Positions 39,323 to 52,219 of a DNA stretch of 64,000 nt are shown in pieces. The stretch is from Chiloscyllium plagiosum (Eukaryota). The DNA lies in NCBI RefSeq assembly GCF_004010195.1, contig NC_057750.1, forward strand, positions 2,282,425-2,346,424, written 5' to 3'. The notes under the pieces were generated by a model, which worked only from the letters and a program-made list of their open reading frames with translations, did no database searches and was not told the origin of the DNA. The position numbers and the translations under genes are program-made. Positions within the stretch are counted from its first letter, which is position 1, and every line of letters begins with the position of its first letter.

Positions 39323-41350
39323 ACTGCAGAGAGAGTACGCAGAAAGTGAGATCAACGTTTGATTGGAAATTTAAGAGGTCCATTCAGAAGGTTAATAACA
39401 GCCATGGAGGATGCGTTTTCTGGGTCTCTGCATCAGGTCTGTCTTCAGCTTCTGGGGTCCCGAGCTCTGGGATTCCTGTCCTAAATCTTTCCATCTCGCC
39501 ATCTCCTCCTTGAAAATGCTCCCTCAAATCCATCTCTTCCACCAAACTCCTGATCATGTGCCTTATGTAGCTCATTGTCAACGTTAGTTTTAATAGCTCC
39601 TCGTGGGGTTTACTACATTCTAGGTGCTATATAAATGCCATTTGAAAGGGTTCAGAAAACATTTTCATGGATGTTGCCAGGTTTGGAAGGTTTGAACTAC
39701 AAGGAGAGGCTCAATTGGCTGGGGCTGTTTTCCCTGGTGCGTTGGAGGCTGAAGGGGTGAGCTTTGTTTATAAAATCATGAGGGGTGTGGATAGGAGCCC
39801 TCATTCCTAATGAGGGGATTTTGCCCGAAACATCGATTTTCCTGCTCCTCGGAGGCTGCCTGACCATTCTAATCTTGACTTTTCCCTGGGTTGGGGGAGT
39901 TCAGAACTAGACGGCATATGTTTCGGGTGAGAGGGGAAAAGATTTAAAAGGGACCTGAGGGGCAATTGTTTCACGCAGAGGGTGGTACGTGTATGGAATG
40001 AGCTGCCAGAGGAAGTGGTGGAGGTTGGTACAATTGCAACATTTAAAAGGCATCTGGATGGGTATGTGAATAGGAAGGGTTTGGAGGGATATGGACGAAG
40101 TGCTGGTAAATGGGATCAGATTGGGTTAGGATATCTGGTTAGCACGGACAAGATGGACCGAAGGGTCTGTGTCCATGCTGTACATCTCTGTGAATCTAAA
40201 CGTTGTGGTTCTCTTTATGTTCAACGAGAAGTCATTCCCACTGCTGCTTTTCCTCTGTTTCCTCATCTTGTGTTTATTCGGGAATATCTGGAAATGTTCA
40301 AGATTAAACTAAATTTTTTACTGATCATAAAGCCAATTCTCCCATCTGTTCCTAATTTATCTCAATTATTTCCACAACATTGTGTTCCTTGGGAAGAACT
40401 TAACATTAATGTACTCAATACATTCTAATGTTGGCAAAGAGCAGGATTGGGAATTAGTAACCTAACATAATAGTCATAGCCTATTTAATTGCATTTGCAT
40501 ATGCAGTCATATAAATAAACATAATGGCTCCTAGAGGCTGGGAATCCTGCAGCGAGTAACTCCCCTCCTGACCCCCCAAAGCCTGTCCACCATCTCCCAA
40601 ACCCACGGCCACTTCCATCGAGAAGGACAAGGGGCAGCAGATACATGGGAACACCACCCTCTGCAAGTTCCCCTCTGAGCCCCTCACCATCCCGACTTGG
40701 AAATATATCGATGTTCCTTCAGTGTCGCTGGGACAGCATCCTGGAATTCCCTCCCTAAGGGCATTGTGGGTCAACCCACAGCACATGTACTGCAGCGGTT
40801 CAAGAAGACAGCTCACCCCCACCTTCTCAAGGGGCAACTAGGGACAGGGCAATAAATGCTGGGCCCAGCCAGTGACCCCCATATCCCACAAGTGAATTAG
40901 AAAAATTCCCCAGGAGTGTAATCAAGATAAGTCATTGGCATTGAGCTCAAGAAAGAGAAATTGAGAGAGATTTAAAGGCGATATACTGTTTCGTCAAGGA
41001 GATAAGGAAGACGAAGAGGGATAGGGAGAGAATGTACAGCCATCCGTGGGGATGTGGTGAGAGACCGCCTCAGGGTCACCACAAGGGGGAGACGATGAGA
41101 AGGTGGTAACATCAGTCCATCCAGGAATTGAACTCACGCTGCATCGCAAAGCAGCTGTCCACCCAACTGAGCTAACCCCCTCCCTTAAACCCAAGGCCAA
41201 GTTGCTGACCTTTCCTGACGTCGTCCCGGGACTGTGAGGCAGGAACATCTGAGGGAGCAGCGCGGTGAGGGTATGTTGGTACCAGGGGTTTGTGGGGAAT
41301 AGAATGGGTTGGTGACGGCTGGTCCTAATCTCTCCCTCTACCTTGTACAG

Positions 41351-41431
41351 GAAGAGCAGATGCCTGAAGAGGTGAATATAGATGAATTACTGGAACTTCA
41401 GACTGACGGAGAACGGAGAAGCCAATTACAG
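41351..41431 (+). CDS. PPP1R14A: PPP1R14A/CPI-17-like PP1 inhibitor, exon 2
   Basis: ttgtacag|GAA...CAG|gtctgg; 81 nt, phase 0; EEQMPEEVNIDELLELQTDGERRSQLQ matches the family motif MPxExNIDELLEL. Confidence 0.88.
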
Positions 41432-41530
41432 GTCTGGTCTGTTGATCTGACACTCTCAGGACCTGGGGGTGAGGGGTCTGGATGGTCATTCAATGAGCCT
41501 CTAAAACATGGCACTGTTTTTGTCTTCCAG

Positions 41531-41563
41531 ATAATGCTTAGACTGTGCAGGAAAAATACAGAT
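41531..41563 (+). CDS. PPP1R14A: PPP1R14A-like, exon 3
   Basis: gtcttccag|ATA...GAT|gtaagt; 33 nt; IMLRLCRKNTD fits the family's 11-codon LxxCxKxxE/D exon. Confidence 0.85.
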
Positions 41564-42049
41564 GTAAGTCTTTTCTTTTAAATATCTTTTCTTAACTTAT
41601 TTCATCTTCCCAGTCCTCAATCACAAGAGAATATTGGTTATAAGAAACAGGAGTAGGCCATTCACCCTTTCAAGTCTGCGCTGTTAGTCATGGCTGGTCT
41701 GCATCAACTCATCAGAACATTTAATATTTTGACAATCTACCTCCTTTAAATACTATCATTGATCTAGCCTCCACACCTGTTTGGGTGGAGTATACAGGAG
41801 TTGGGAGGTCATGTTGTGGCTGTACAGGATGTTGGTTCAGCCACTGTTGGAATATTGCATGCAGTTCTGGTCTCCTTCCTATCGGAAAGATATTGTGAAA
41901 CTTGAAAGGGTTCAGAAAAGATTTACAAGGCCGTTGCCAGGGTTGGAGGGTCTGAGCTACAGGGAGAGGCTGAACAGGCTGGGGACTGAGGGTTATGCCC
42001 CAGGGCTCTCGCTGTTGTGTGAACATACAGTTGGCAAAGCGGGTTTACC

Positions 42050-44830
42050 CCAATGACATAGCAAGGGAAAAGGTTGAGATTCTGAAAGGTGAATATAGAA
42101 AGTTAGGCAGGAATTTAAAAAGGAGGTCCTCAAGAGTAGTAATATCTGGATTACTCCCCATGCTACGAGCTAGTGAGAGCAGGAATAGGAGGATAGAGCA
42201 GATGAATGCAGGGCTAAGGAGCTGGGGTATGGGAGAAGGATTCACATTTTTGGATCATTGGAATCTCTTTTGGGGTAGAAGTGACCTGTACAAGGACGGA
42301 TTGCACCTGAATTGGAAGGGGACTAATATACTGACAGGGAAATTTGCTCGAGCTGCTCAGGAGGATTAAAACTAGTAAGGTGGGGGGGTNNNNNNNNNNN
42401 NNNNNNNNNNNNNNNNNNNNNNNNNNNNNNNNNNNNNNAGCTTAATGTTCCAGGATACAAATGCTACAGGAAGGATAGAAAGGGAGGCAAGAGAGGAGGG
42501 GGAGTGGCATTTTTTGATAAGGGATAGCATTACAGCTGTGCTGAGGGAGGATATTCCTGGAAATACATCCAGGGAAGTTATTTCAGTGGAACTGAGAAAT
42601 AAGAAAGGGATGATCACCTTATTGGAATTGTATTATAAGACTCTCCAATTGTCAGAAGGAAATTAATAAACATTTTTAAGGAGATCTCCGTTATCTATAA
42701 GAATAATAGGGTGGTTATGGTAGGGGACTTTAACTTTCCAAATATAGACTGGGACTGCCATAGTGTTAAAGGTTTAGATGGACAGGAATTTGTTAAGCAT
42801 GTACAAGAAAATATTCTGATTCAGTACGTGGATGTACCTACTAGAGAAGGTGCAAAACTTGACCTACTCTTGGGAAATAAGGCAGGACAGGTGACTGAGG
42901 TGTCAGTGGGGGAGCACTTTGGGGCCAGCGACCACAATTCTATTAGATTTAAAATAGGAATGGAAAAGGATAGACCAGATCTAAAAGTTGAAGTTCTAAA
43001 TTGGAGAAAGGCTAATTTTGACAGTATTAGGCAAGAACTTTCTAAAGCTGATTGGGGACAAATGTTCACAGGTAAAGGAACAGCTGGAAAATGGGAAGCC
43101 TTCAGAAATGAGATAACAAGAATCCAGAGAAAGTATATTCCTGTCAGGGTGAAAGGGAAGGCTGGTAGGTATAGGGAATGTTGGATGACTAAAGAAATTG
43201 AGGATTTGGTTAAGAAAAAGAAGGAAGCATGTGTCAGGTATAGACAGAATAGATCAAGTGAATCCTTAGAAGAGTATAAAGGAAATGGGAGTATACTTAA
43301 GAGGGAAATCAGGAGGGCAAAACGGGGACATGAGATAGCATTGGCAAATAGGATTAGGGATGGGAGAATCCAAAGGGTTTTTACAAATACATTAAGGACA
43401 AAAGGGTAATAGGGAGAGAATAGGGCCCCTCAAAGATCAGAGGAGAAAGTGAGGTGTGGAGCCACAGAAAATGGGGGAGATACTAAACAAGTATTATACT
43501 GTGGAAAAGGACATGGGCTGTAGAATGTAGGGAAATAGATGGTGACATCTTGAAAAATGTCCATATTACAGAGGAAAAAGTACCGAATGTCTTGAAACGC
43601 ATAAACGTGGATAAATCCCCAGGACCTGATCAGGTGTACCCGAGAACTCTGTGGGAAGCTAAAGAAGTGATTGCTGGGCCTCTTGCTGAGATATTTGTAT
43701 CATCGATAGTCACAGGTGANNNNNNNNNNNNNNNNNNNNNNNNNNNNNNNNNNNNNNNNNNNNNNNNNNNNNNNNNNNNNNNNNNNNNNNNNNNNNNNNN
43801 NNNNNNNNNNNNNNNNNNNNNNNNNNNNNNNNNNNNNNNNNNNNNNNNNNNNNNNNNNNNNNNNNNNNNNNNNNNNNNNNNNNNNNNNNNNNNNNNNNNN
43901 NNNNNNNNNNNNNNNNNNNNNNNNNNNNNNNNNNNNNNNNNNNNNNNNNNNNNNNNNNNNNNNNNNNNNNNNNNNNNNNNNNNNNNNNNNNNNNNNNNNN
44001 NNNNNNNNNNNNNNNNNNNNNNNNNNNNNNNNNNNNNNNNNNNNNNNNNNNNNNNNNNNNNNNNNNNNNNNNNNNNNNNNNNNNNNNNNNNNNNNNNNNN
44101 NNNNNNNNNNNNNNNNNNNNNNNNNNNNNNNNNNNNNNNNNNNNNNNNNNNNNNNNNNNNNNNNNNNNNNNNNNNNNNNNNNNNNNNNNNNNNNNNNNNN
44201 NNNNNNNNNNNNNNNNNNNNNNNNNNNNNNNNNNNNNNNNNNNNNNNNNNNNNNNNNNNNNNNNNNNNNNNNNNNNNNNNNNNNNNNNNNNNNNNNNNNN
44301 NNNNNNNNNNNNNNNNNNNNNNNNNNNNNNNNNNNNNNNNNNNNNNNNNNNNNNNNNNNNNNNNNNNNNNNNNNNNNNNNNNNNNNNNNNNNNNNNNNNN
44401 NNNNNNNNNNNNNNNNNNNNNNNNNNNNNNNNNNNNNNNNNNNNNNNNNNNNNNNNNNNNNNNNNNNNNNNNNNNNNNNNNNNNNNNNNNNNNNNNNNNN
44501 NNNNNNNNNNNNNNNNNNNNNNNNNNNNNNNNNNNNNNNNNNNNNNNNNNNNNNNNNNNNNNNNNNNNNNNNNNNNNNNNNNNNNNNNNNNNNNNNNNNN
44601 NNNNNNNNNNNNNNNNNNNNNNNNNNNNNNNNNNNNNNNNNNCCAGAGGAAGTGGTGGAGGCTGGTACAATTGCAACATTTAAAAGGCATTTGGATGGGT
44701 ATATGAATAGAAAGGGTTTGGAGAGATATGGGCCGGGTGCTGGCAGGTGGGACTAGATTGGGTTGGGATATCTAGTCGGCATGGACGGGCTGGACCTAGG
44801 GTCTGTTTCCGTGCTGTACATCTCTATAAC
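42050..44830 (+). mobile_element. Long 5'-truncated CR1 LINE (ORF1 esterase end, ORF2 APE endonuclease and RT start, 3' tail)
   Basis: VVISGLLP...DGLHLN (SGNH type); GDFNFPNIDW, LDLLL, SDH (APE); KSPGPD; after the gap, the CR1 end PEEVVEAGTIATFKRHLD; frameshifted. Confidence 0.9.
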
Positions 44831-46309
44831 AGAGCTGGCTCGAGGGACCAAATGGCCTCTTAGTTTGTAAATCTTTTTAATAAGTAAATTTGCACCAAAG
44901 CATATTCGGGCAGTGATGATTAAGGAAGGGAAAGGGAATGAGCTAGTAACAATCCTCAGCTCAGAGCTGGTTCCTTGCCAAGTGAAGGGTACAGTTAGCT
45001 TTGAAGTGTTGCCCTGGGATTGATGTCTGGGAATGTCCCTGTGAAATGGTTTCCCACTTGACCACGCTTGTTGATGAGCTCTTCATTTGAAGTATGGTGA
45101 ATAATTGCACTTGACGAAGGCTGGATCTTATCGGAGTGAAATTTCAGTGACCTCAGCGAGAAGCATTTCCCTGGAAATGTTCTGGATTCAAAGTGATTGA
45201 CCAAAGTCAGAGAGTTTCCTGTCCCTCTTTTCAAATCGAAGATCACAAATTAAATAGCAGAGTGGAAACATCACTGTCTGGCAGGGGGTGGGGTTTATGT
45301 AGGATTGTAAATGGGATAGTGAAATATTTTTGTTAAACCATGGTGTTAAAGGGCATGGGTCAAAGCCAGTATCATAGAATGCCTAAAGTGCAGATAGACG
45401 ACATTCAGCCCATCAAGTCTGACCGACTCTCTAAAGAGCATCCTGCCCAGATCCACCCTATCCCTATAACCCTGCGTTTCCCATAGCCAATCCACCTAGC
45501 CTACACATCCCTGGGCACTGTGGGACAATTTCCCAAGGCCAAACCACCCTAACCTGCACATCTTTGGATTGTGGGAGGAAACCAGGTTTTATAGATACAT
45601 ACAAAATGAGGAAGGGCATAGATAAAATCGCACCAGGGAGGGTGTTTCCATTGGTGGGTGAAACTGGAACCAGGGGGCATTGCCTCAAAATAAGGGGGAC
45701 TGAGCTGGGGAGGAACCTCTTCACCCAGAGGGTTGTGAACCTGTGGAATTCCCCGCCCAGGGAAGCAGCTGAGGTTTCCTCACTGAACGTTTTTAAGGCC
45801 AAGAGAGATTTTTGAACAGTAAAGGAATGAAGGGTTATGGTGAGGGGGTGGGTAACTGGAGCTGGGTCCATGATAAAGATCAGCCATGATTTTATTGAAT
45901 GGGGGGAGTGGGCTCAAGGGGCCAGACAGCTCCTGGTTCCTATGGTCGTATCTCGGTTTAACTGCTCCCAGAGTGAATGTACTGAGAGACTGTGTAACTG
46001 ACTCATGGTGAACATAATGACAAGCTGCACTGACACGGGCTGGCACTCAGCCACATAAGGAGGCTCCAAACAGGTCACAAAGAAGTCTTGGTCAAAATGT
46101 TTTCGCGAGTTTGTTAAAGGAAAAGAGGGAAAAAACAACATTCACTTGCTGGTGACAGTAAAACAAGATCAGATCAGCCCATGGCAATCACTCGGTTTAT
46201 GATTTACTCACAATATTCAGCTGGTTTCCCATGAATTTAAAAAATATATACGTGCTTAAAAGGGATTATCATGTTAAAATTAGAAGCAGGTTGTGATTGT
46301 GACACGCAA

Positions 46310-47072
46310 TGCTAAAGAAGGCCAATCAGGGCAGGACTTATACACTTAACGGGAAGATCCTGTGGAGTGTTGCTGAACAAAGAGACCTTGGAGTGCAGGG
46401 TCATAGCTCCTTGACAGTGGAGTCCCAGGTAGATAGGATAGTGAAGAAGGTGTTTGGTATGCTTTCCTTTATTGGTCAGAGTATTGAGTACGGAGTTGGG
46501 AGGTCATGTTGCGGCTGTACAGGACATTGGTTAGGCCACTGTTGGAATATTGCGTGCAATTCTGGTCTCCTTCCTATCGGAAAGATGTTGTGAAACTTGA
46601 AAGGGTTCAGAAAAGATTTACAAGGATGTTGCCACAGTTGGAGGATCTGAGCTACAGGGAGAGGCTGAACAGGCTGGGGCTGTTTACCCTGGAGTGTCAG
46701 AGGCTGAGTGGTGACCTTACAGAGACTTACAAAATTATGAGGGGCATGGATAGGATAAATAGACAAAGTCTTTTCTGTGGGGTGAGAAGGTCCAGAACTA
46801 GAGGGTTTACAGTGAGAGGCGAAAGATTGAAAAAGGATCTGAGGGGCAACTTTTTCACACTGACGGTGGTGTGCGTATAGAATGAGCTGCCAGAGGAAGT
46901 GATGGAAGCTGGTACAATTACAGCATTTAAAGGTATCTGGAAGGGTATATGGATAGGAAGGGTTTGGAGAGATATGGGCCAGGTGTTGGCAAATGGGACT
47001 AGATTAGATTAGGATATCTGGTCGGCATGGACCGAATGGTCTGTTTCCATGCTGTACATCTCTATGACTCTA
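46310..47072 (+). mobile_element. CR1 3' fragment
   Basis: [40 protein letters not shown] and a ctctatgactcta tail. Confidence 0.9.
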
Positions 47073-49934
47073 AACGACGTGTGAGAGTTGCTGGGATTGG
47101 ATTGAGGGAGGACAGCGGTTATTATCCTTTCCACGGATCATGATACGGTTAAACAATTCTGCTGTTTCCTGGTCTCAAAAGATATCTCTTTTGTTGAAGC
47201 TAGTTGACATTAAGTTCCCTGAAATTGAACGGAGTCAGTTGTTGACAAAATCGCTCCGGTACAGAAGGATGTTACCCGTGGTCACTCTCCAAATCCAGGA
47301 GAGGATTCCAGAGCTCAGGGGCTGGCTAGCAGAGGAAGAGTAATGGAAATCAGGAAATGTTCAGGAGGCCAGAATTGGAGGGATATTGCCTTATTAGGAC
47401 AAGGGCAGCAGAAACATTGGGAACACCACCCCCTGCAAGTTCCCCTCCGAGCCCCTCACCATCCTGACTGGGAAATATATCGCCCTTCCTTCAGTGTCAC
47501 TGGGTCAGAATCCTGGAATTCCCTCCCTCAGGGCATTGTGGGTCAACCCACAGCACATGGACTGCAGCAGTTCAAGAAGGCAGCTCACCCCAACCTTCTC
47601 AAGGGGGCAACTAGGGACGGGCAATAAATACTGGGCCCAGCTAGTGACACCCACATCCCATAAGTGAATTAAAAAAAACTTGGAGTCTTTCCTGCGGATT
47701 TTGAATAAGAATAGACTTCTCGGCTTTTAGTCCTGATGGTTTCATCATCATGAGATCAAAACAACGTCACTCCACACAACCTTGTCTGTAAATGTTGGGT
47801 GTTAACTTCCTCCTGGCTTAGTGCAGGGGCCCCTGGCCTAGTGTGACCAGCCAGGGGTCCTACAGCCATTTACTCATTCCTTTCCTGATGGGAAATCATT
47901 TTGTGAGAGGGTCTAGAATTAGGAGGCCCAGCCTAAAATTAAAGGCTCTCCGACTAAAGGCGGAGTTGAGTAGGAATATTTTTCCTTAGGGCCACGGGTC
48001 TGTGGAAACTCTGTTCACAGGCTGAACAACGACTATAGGAACAGGTAGAGGCCATTCAGTCCCTCGAGCCCGCTGCACGATTCAATAGGGTCCCGGCTGA
48101 TCCAAGATTCCCCACGTCCACTTTCTTGTATTTCCATGTAACCCTCGATTCCCCGACTGATCAAGGATCTCTCGATCTCAGCCTTAGATATACACACGGG
48201 CTCTGCCCCCACAGCTCTCTGGAGCCAGGAGTTCCAAAGACTCTCACCCCTCAGCAAGGAGAAATTCCTCCCCATCTCAGTCTGAAATTGGAGCCCCTTT
48301 ATTCTGAGACTGTGCCCTCTGGCCCTAGTCCCTCCCGTGAGGGGGACCACCCTCTCAGTATTGACCCTGTCAGGCCCCTTACAGAATCCAAGATGTTTCA
48401 ATGAGGTCACCTCTCATTCTTTTCAACTCCATGGAGATGAGTCTCATTCTGAATATTTGTAAAGCTGAGATAAGGTTTTGTGTCCTGACTCTTAACTGAC
48501 ACAGCACGGTGGCTCAGTGGTTAGCACTGCTGCCTCACAGTGCCAGGGACCCAGGTTCAATTCCAGCCTCAGGCGACTGTCCGTGTGGAATTTGCACATC
48601 CTCCCCGCGTCTGCGTGGGTTTCCTCCGGGTGCTCTGGTTTCCTCCCACAGTCCAAAGATGTGCAGCTTAGGGTGGATTGGAAAATCACCCATAGTGTCC
48701 AGGGATGTGCAGACTAGGTGGGTTAGCCATCGGGAATGTCGGGTTGCAGGGTAGTGTGGATCTGGGTGGGATGCTTCTCGGAGGGTTGGTGCGGACTCAA
48801 TGGGTCGAATGGCCTCTTTCTGCGCTGTAGGGGTTGTATAAAGAGTATATTGGGGTGGTGGGGGGCTAGACGGGAATGTGGAGTTGAGGCTGCGATCAGG
48901 ACGGATGGGCTGAGTAGCCTTCTCCTCTTCATTCAGTGGACGTTACAGGAGGAAGGGAAATGGTCAAAGAATCTTCATTATTCTCCTGGAGAGCTCTGGT
49001 TTGACCCACAACGTTAAAAACATCCCAGAGCTCCTGACAACCAAGGGGTTACTTTCCCGTCACCATGGGAAACAACCAGTTTGTGCACAGCAAGCTCCCA
49101 CAAATTTATTTTTTTAAAAATGCCGAGACAATCCGATGTTGGCTGAGTCCAGATGTTGACCAGAAGAGTACAGCACGGAAACAGACCCTTCAGTCCAATT
49201 CGTCCATGCCGACCAGTTATCCCAACCCAATCTAGTGCCATCTGCCAGCACCCCTCTGCGTTGGCTGAATGTCCAAACTGAGGGAATAGGTTGCCAGGGA
49301 GTGCAGCACACCCTTTGCACTGCACCCGAGATCGCTCTGGCTCCTGGGATGGGTCTGGAAGCTACAGCATCGGGAGAGATGTGAATGGTGAAGATATACC
49401 AAGGGAAAACCAAAATGTGGGTCAACCGCCTGCATTGTTTTTGTTTAAAAATCTGGGTAATGAACAGGCCAGGGGATACGCAAGCAGAGAACGCGGTGTT
49501 GGTGCCAACCTCTGCCAGGCTTTACGTCTAAACGCAGCTTTGGAAAAGAACCTAAGACTGCGCCAAGAAAGTTTTGTTCAGGGCGGTCTGTTATCCCCTG
49601 GAGTGGTTCCTGTCCTTGTTGTGAGGTACATGTGTTTTGGTCCGTTTATTCCCGGTTTATTGGGAGGTGAACGTGTTGCAATGAGCTTCCTGCCTGTGCA
49701 GTTACAACCAAAAGTACAAGACAGCAGGCGAAGTATGGGAGACCGTGCGGACCACAGATGCTGGAAGTCAGGGTCAACAGAAGCGAGGCCAGCCTGAAAC
49801 GTTAACTTTCCTGCTCCTCTGATGCTGTCTGAGCTGCTCTGCTCTTCCAGCCTCCCATCATTGACTCTAAACATAGCACAAGAGGGGGGGGGAGGAGTTT
49901 ACTGTCCCACTAAAAGCAGGATGTTGGTGCTAAT

Positions 49935-50460
49935 TAGAGTCATAGAGTTCTTCAGCATGGAAACAGACCAACTCATCCATGCCGACCAGGTATCCCAACC
50001 TAATCTCGTCCTTCGGTCCATCTTGTCCATGCTGACTAGACATCCTAACCCAATCTAATCCCATTTGCCAGCACCCGGCCCATATCCCTCCAAACCCTTC
50101 CTATTCATATACCCATCCAAATGCCTTTAAATGTTGCAATTATACCAGCCTCCACATCCCCTGGCAGCTCATTCCATACACGTACCACCCTCTGCGTGAA
50201 AACATTGGCCCTCATATCCCTCCAAACCCTTCCTATTCATATACCCATCCAAATGCCTTTAAATGTTGCAATTGTACCAGCCTCCACCACATCCCTGACA
50301 GCTCATTCCATACACGTACCACCCTCTGCGTGAAAACATTGGCCCTCAGGTCCCTTTTATATCTTTCTCCTCTCACCCTAAACCTATGCCCACTAGTTCT
50401 AGACTCCCCAACCCAGGGAAAAGACCTCGTCTATTTACCCCATCCATGCCCCTCATGATG
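49935..50460 (-). mobile_element. CR1 3' fragment with internal ~132-bp tandem duplication
   Basis: catatccctccaaaccc...gaaaacattggccctca occurs at 50081 and 50213. Confidence 0.85.
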
Positions 50461-50519
50461 AGCTTGAATCTCAGAGATTTGAGGCCATGATAAAAGCTAA
50501 CATTCCCATTTAAGTCCTG

Positions 50520-50830
50520 ACGGAATCAGAGATGCTGTCTTTCTGATGTGACATTAATCAAAGCCCCCTTCGGTGGGGAAGGGCCGGGAGGTGGGTAGAT
50601 CCAAAAAATCTCAAGGCGCTATTTCAATGGAGAGAATCAAGGCTTCATCCACCCCCCCATACTGATTCCTCACCCCGACATCTCAAAATAAGGAGGGGGG
50701 CTGTTGTCGCATCGCTGTTAGTGGGAGGTTACTGCGCCACGCGTTCTCCTTTACACTTTCTTCGGGGGCACCATGAGTGTTTCATTGGCATTCTGGAATG
50801 TCCTGAGGTGCTACGTAAATGCAGTGGCAT
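50520..50830 (+). mobile_element. Decayed DeuSINE (SacSINE1/AmnSINE1-like) relic
   Basis: gatgctgtctttctgatgtgacattaa...gtcctgaggtgctacgtaaatgca resembles the Deu-domain consensus as I recall it; similar relics near 3190-3500(-), 49015-49150(-), 54200-54425(-). Confidence 0.45.
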
Positions 50831-52129
50831 GGTGATAATGTCCCGGGGGGGCTCAGATTTAATGCTGAGCAGATCAGAGCGGGATTCCGCTGGTGGAAAT
50901 TAAATTCACTTGAATCGATCAGGAACCGAAAGTCCATCTCAGTGACGGTGAGTGAGAAATTGTCAGTGACGGTGGGAAAAACCCATCTGGGTCACTAATG
51001 TCCTGACCTTGAGGGAGGGGAATCTTCCCTCCTTACCCAGTCTGGCCTACATGTGACTGCAGCGATGTGGGTGACTCTTAACTGCCCCCTGAAATAGCCA
51101 AGTGAGACCCTCAAGGGGTAAATAGGGAAGAGTAATAAACACTGACCTTGTTATGGATGAGGGTTTAGGACACCACTGTTTTCAATTGCGCCGTGTGGAC
51201 ACTTTTAACCAACCTCTTCAGAGATGGTACAGTCCACCCTCTGGAACAGGTGGGACTTGGACCCCCTATTCTAGAGGTAGGAACATTACCACTATACCAC
51301 AAGAGCCCATGCCCATTGACTGTGAGTTGTTTTACTGTCAGGGTGAGGCAGCACAGAAATAGCAGCGTTGGATATTACCACAAGGAAATGAATAGGAATA
51401 GGCCATTCAGCCCCTCAAGCTTGCTGTGCCTTTCAATAGGATCATGACTGTTTGTTTAGAATTAATTGAATGGAATTAGCTTTACTGTCGCACGTAATCT
51501 CAAGAGTGCAGTGAAAGATTTGCCAGTTGCCACATACAGTGCCATTTTAGCTCCATCTCAGTGTAGGGTCCTTTATGCATAAAGCAGGAATACCAGGAAA
51601 ACAATGTTTAGAAAGTGAAACATTACAGTCCCTCCTCCTAACTGGTAGGAACGCAAAGACATAGTTAACGGTTCGACCCCTCAATCCGTAAGCGTCTGGT
51701 CACGCTGAGCTCACAAAGACTCGACCTTCCCCACCCCACTGTGGGATCGACCTCACCCCCCACCAGCCACCCCGCAGTGCCTACTCCCCTGCTCCCACAC
51801 TCCTCACATCCACTTTCCCTGTAACCCTCAATTCCCCGACTGATCAAGATTCTCTCGATCTCAGCCTTAAATATGCGCACGGACTCTACCCCCACGGCTC
51901 TCTGGGGCAAGGAGTTCCAAAGACTCTTGACCCTCACAGAAGAAATTCCTCCTCAATCTTGGTCTTCAGTTGGTGCCCTTTTACTCTGAGACTGTGCCCT
52001 CTGGCCCTAGACCCTCCCATCATGGGAACATCCTTTCAGCACTCAACATTATGTCAGCCACCTAGAATCGTACACATGTTCCCAAAACTGATGTCAAAAC
52101 TAATGTTCTTTGTGTTCCTTTGTGTTTAG

Positions 52130-52219
52130 GAATTCATCACGGAGCTATTAAGGAAGTTACAGGGACTTCATAAAGTGGAGGTGCAGAAAGTTGGACTGGA
52201 GTCCCCCCAACAACACTAA
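52130..52219 (+). CDS. PPP1R14A: PPP1R14A-like, last coding exon
   Basis: ttgtgtttag|GAA...TAA; EFITELLRKLQGLHKVEVQKVGLESPQQH* (FIxELLxKLQGLH is CPI-17-like); ATTAAA at 52410-52415. Confidence 0.88.
   Translation, partial: EFITELLRKLQGLHKVEVQKVGLESPQQH

Noticed and set aside
49291..49797. 168-aa ORF in the PPP1R14A intron
   Set aside because: Non-ATG start, no motif, flanked by repeat fragments
41351..52219. PPP1R14A as a pseudogene, or fused to SPINT2
   Set aside because: Exons and splice sites are intact, SPINT2 has its own stop and poly(A) signal, and a scaffold gap explains the missing exon 1
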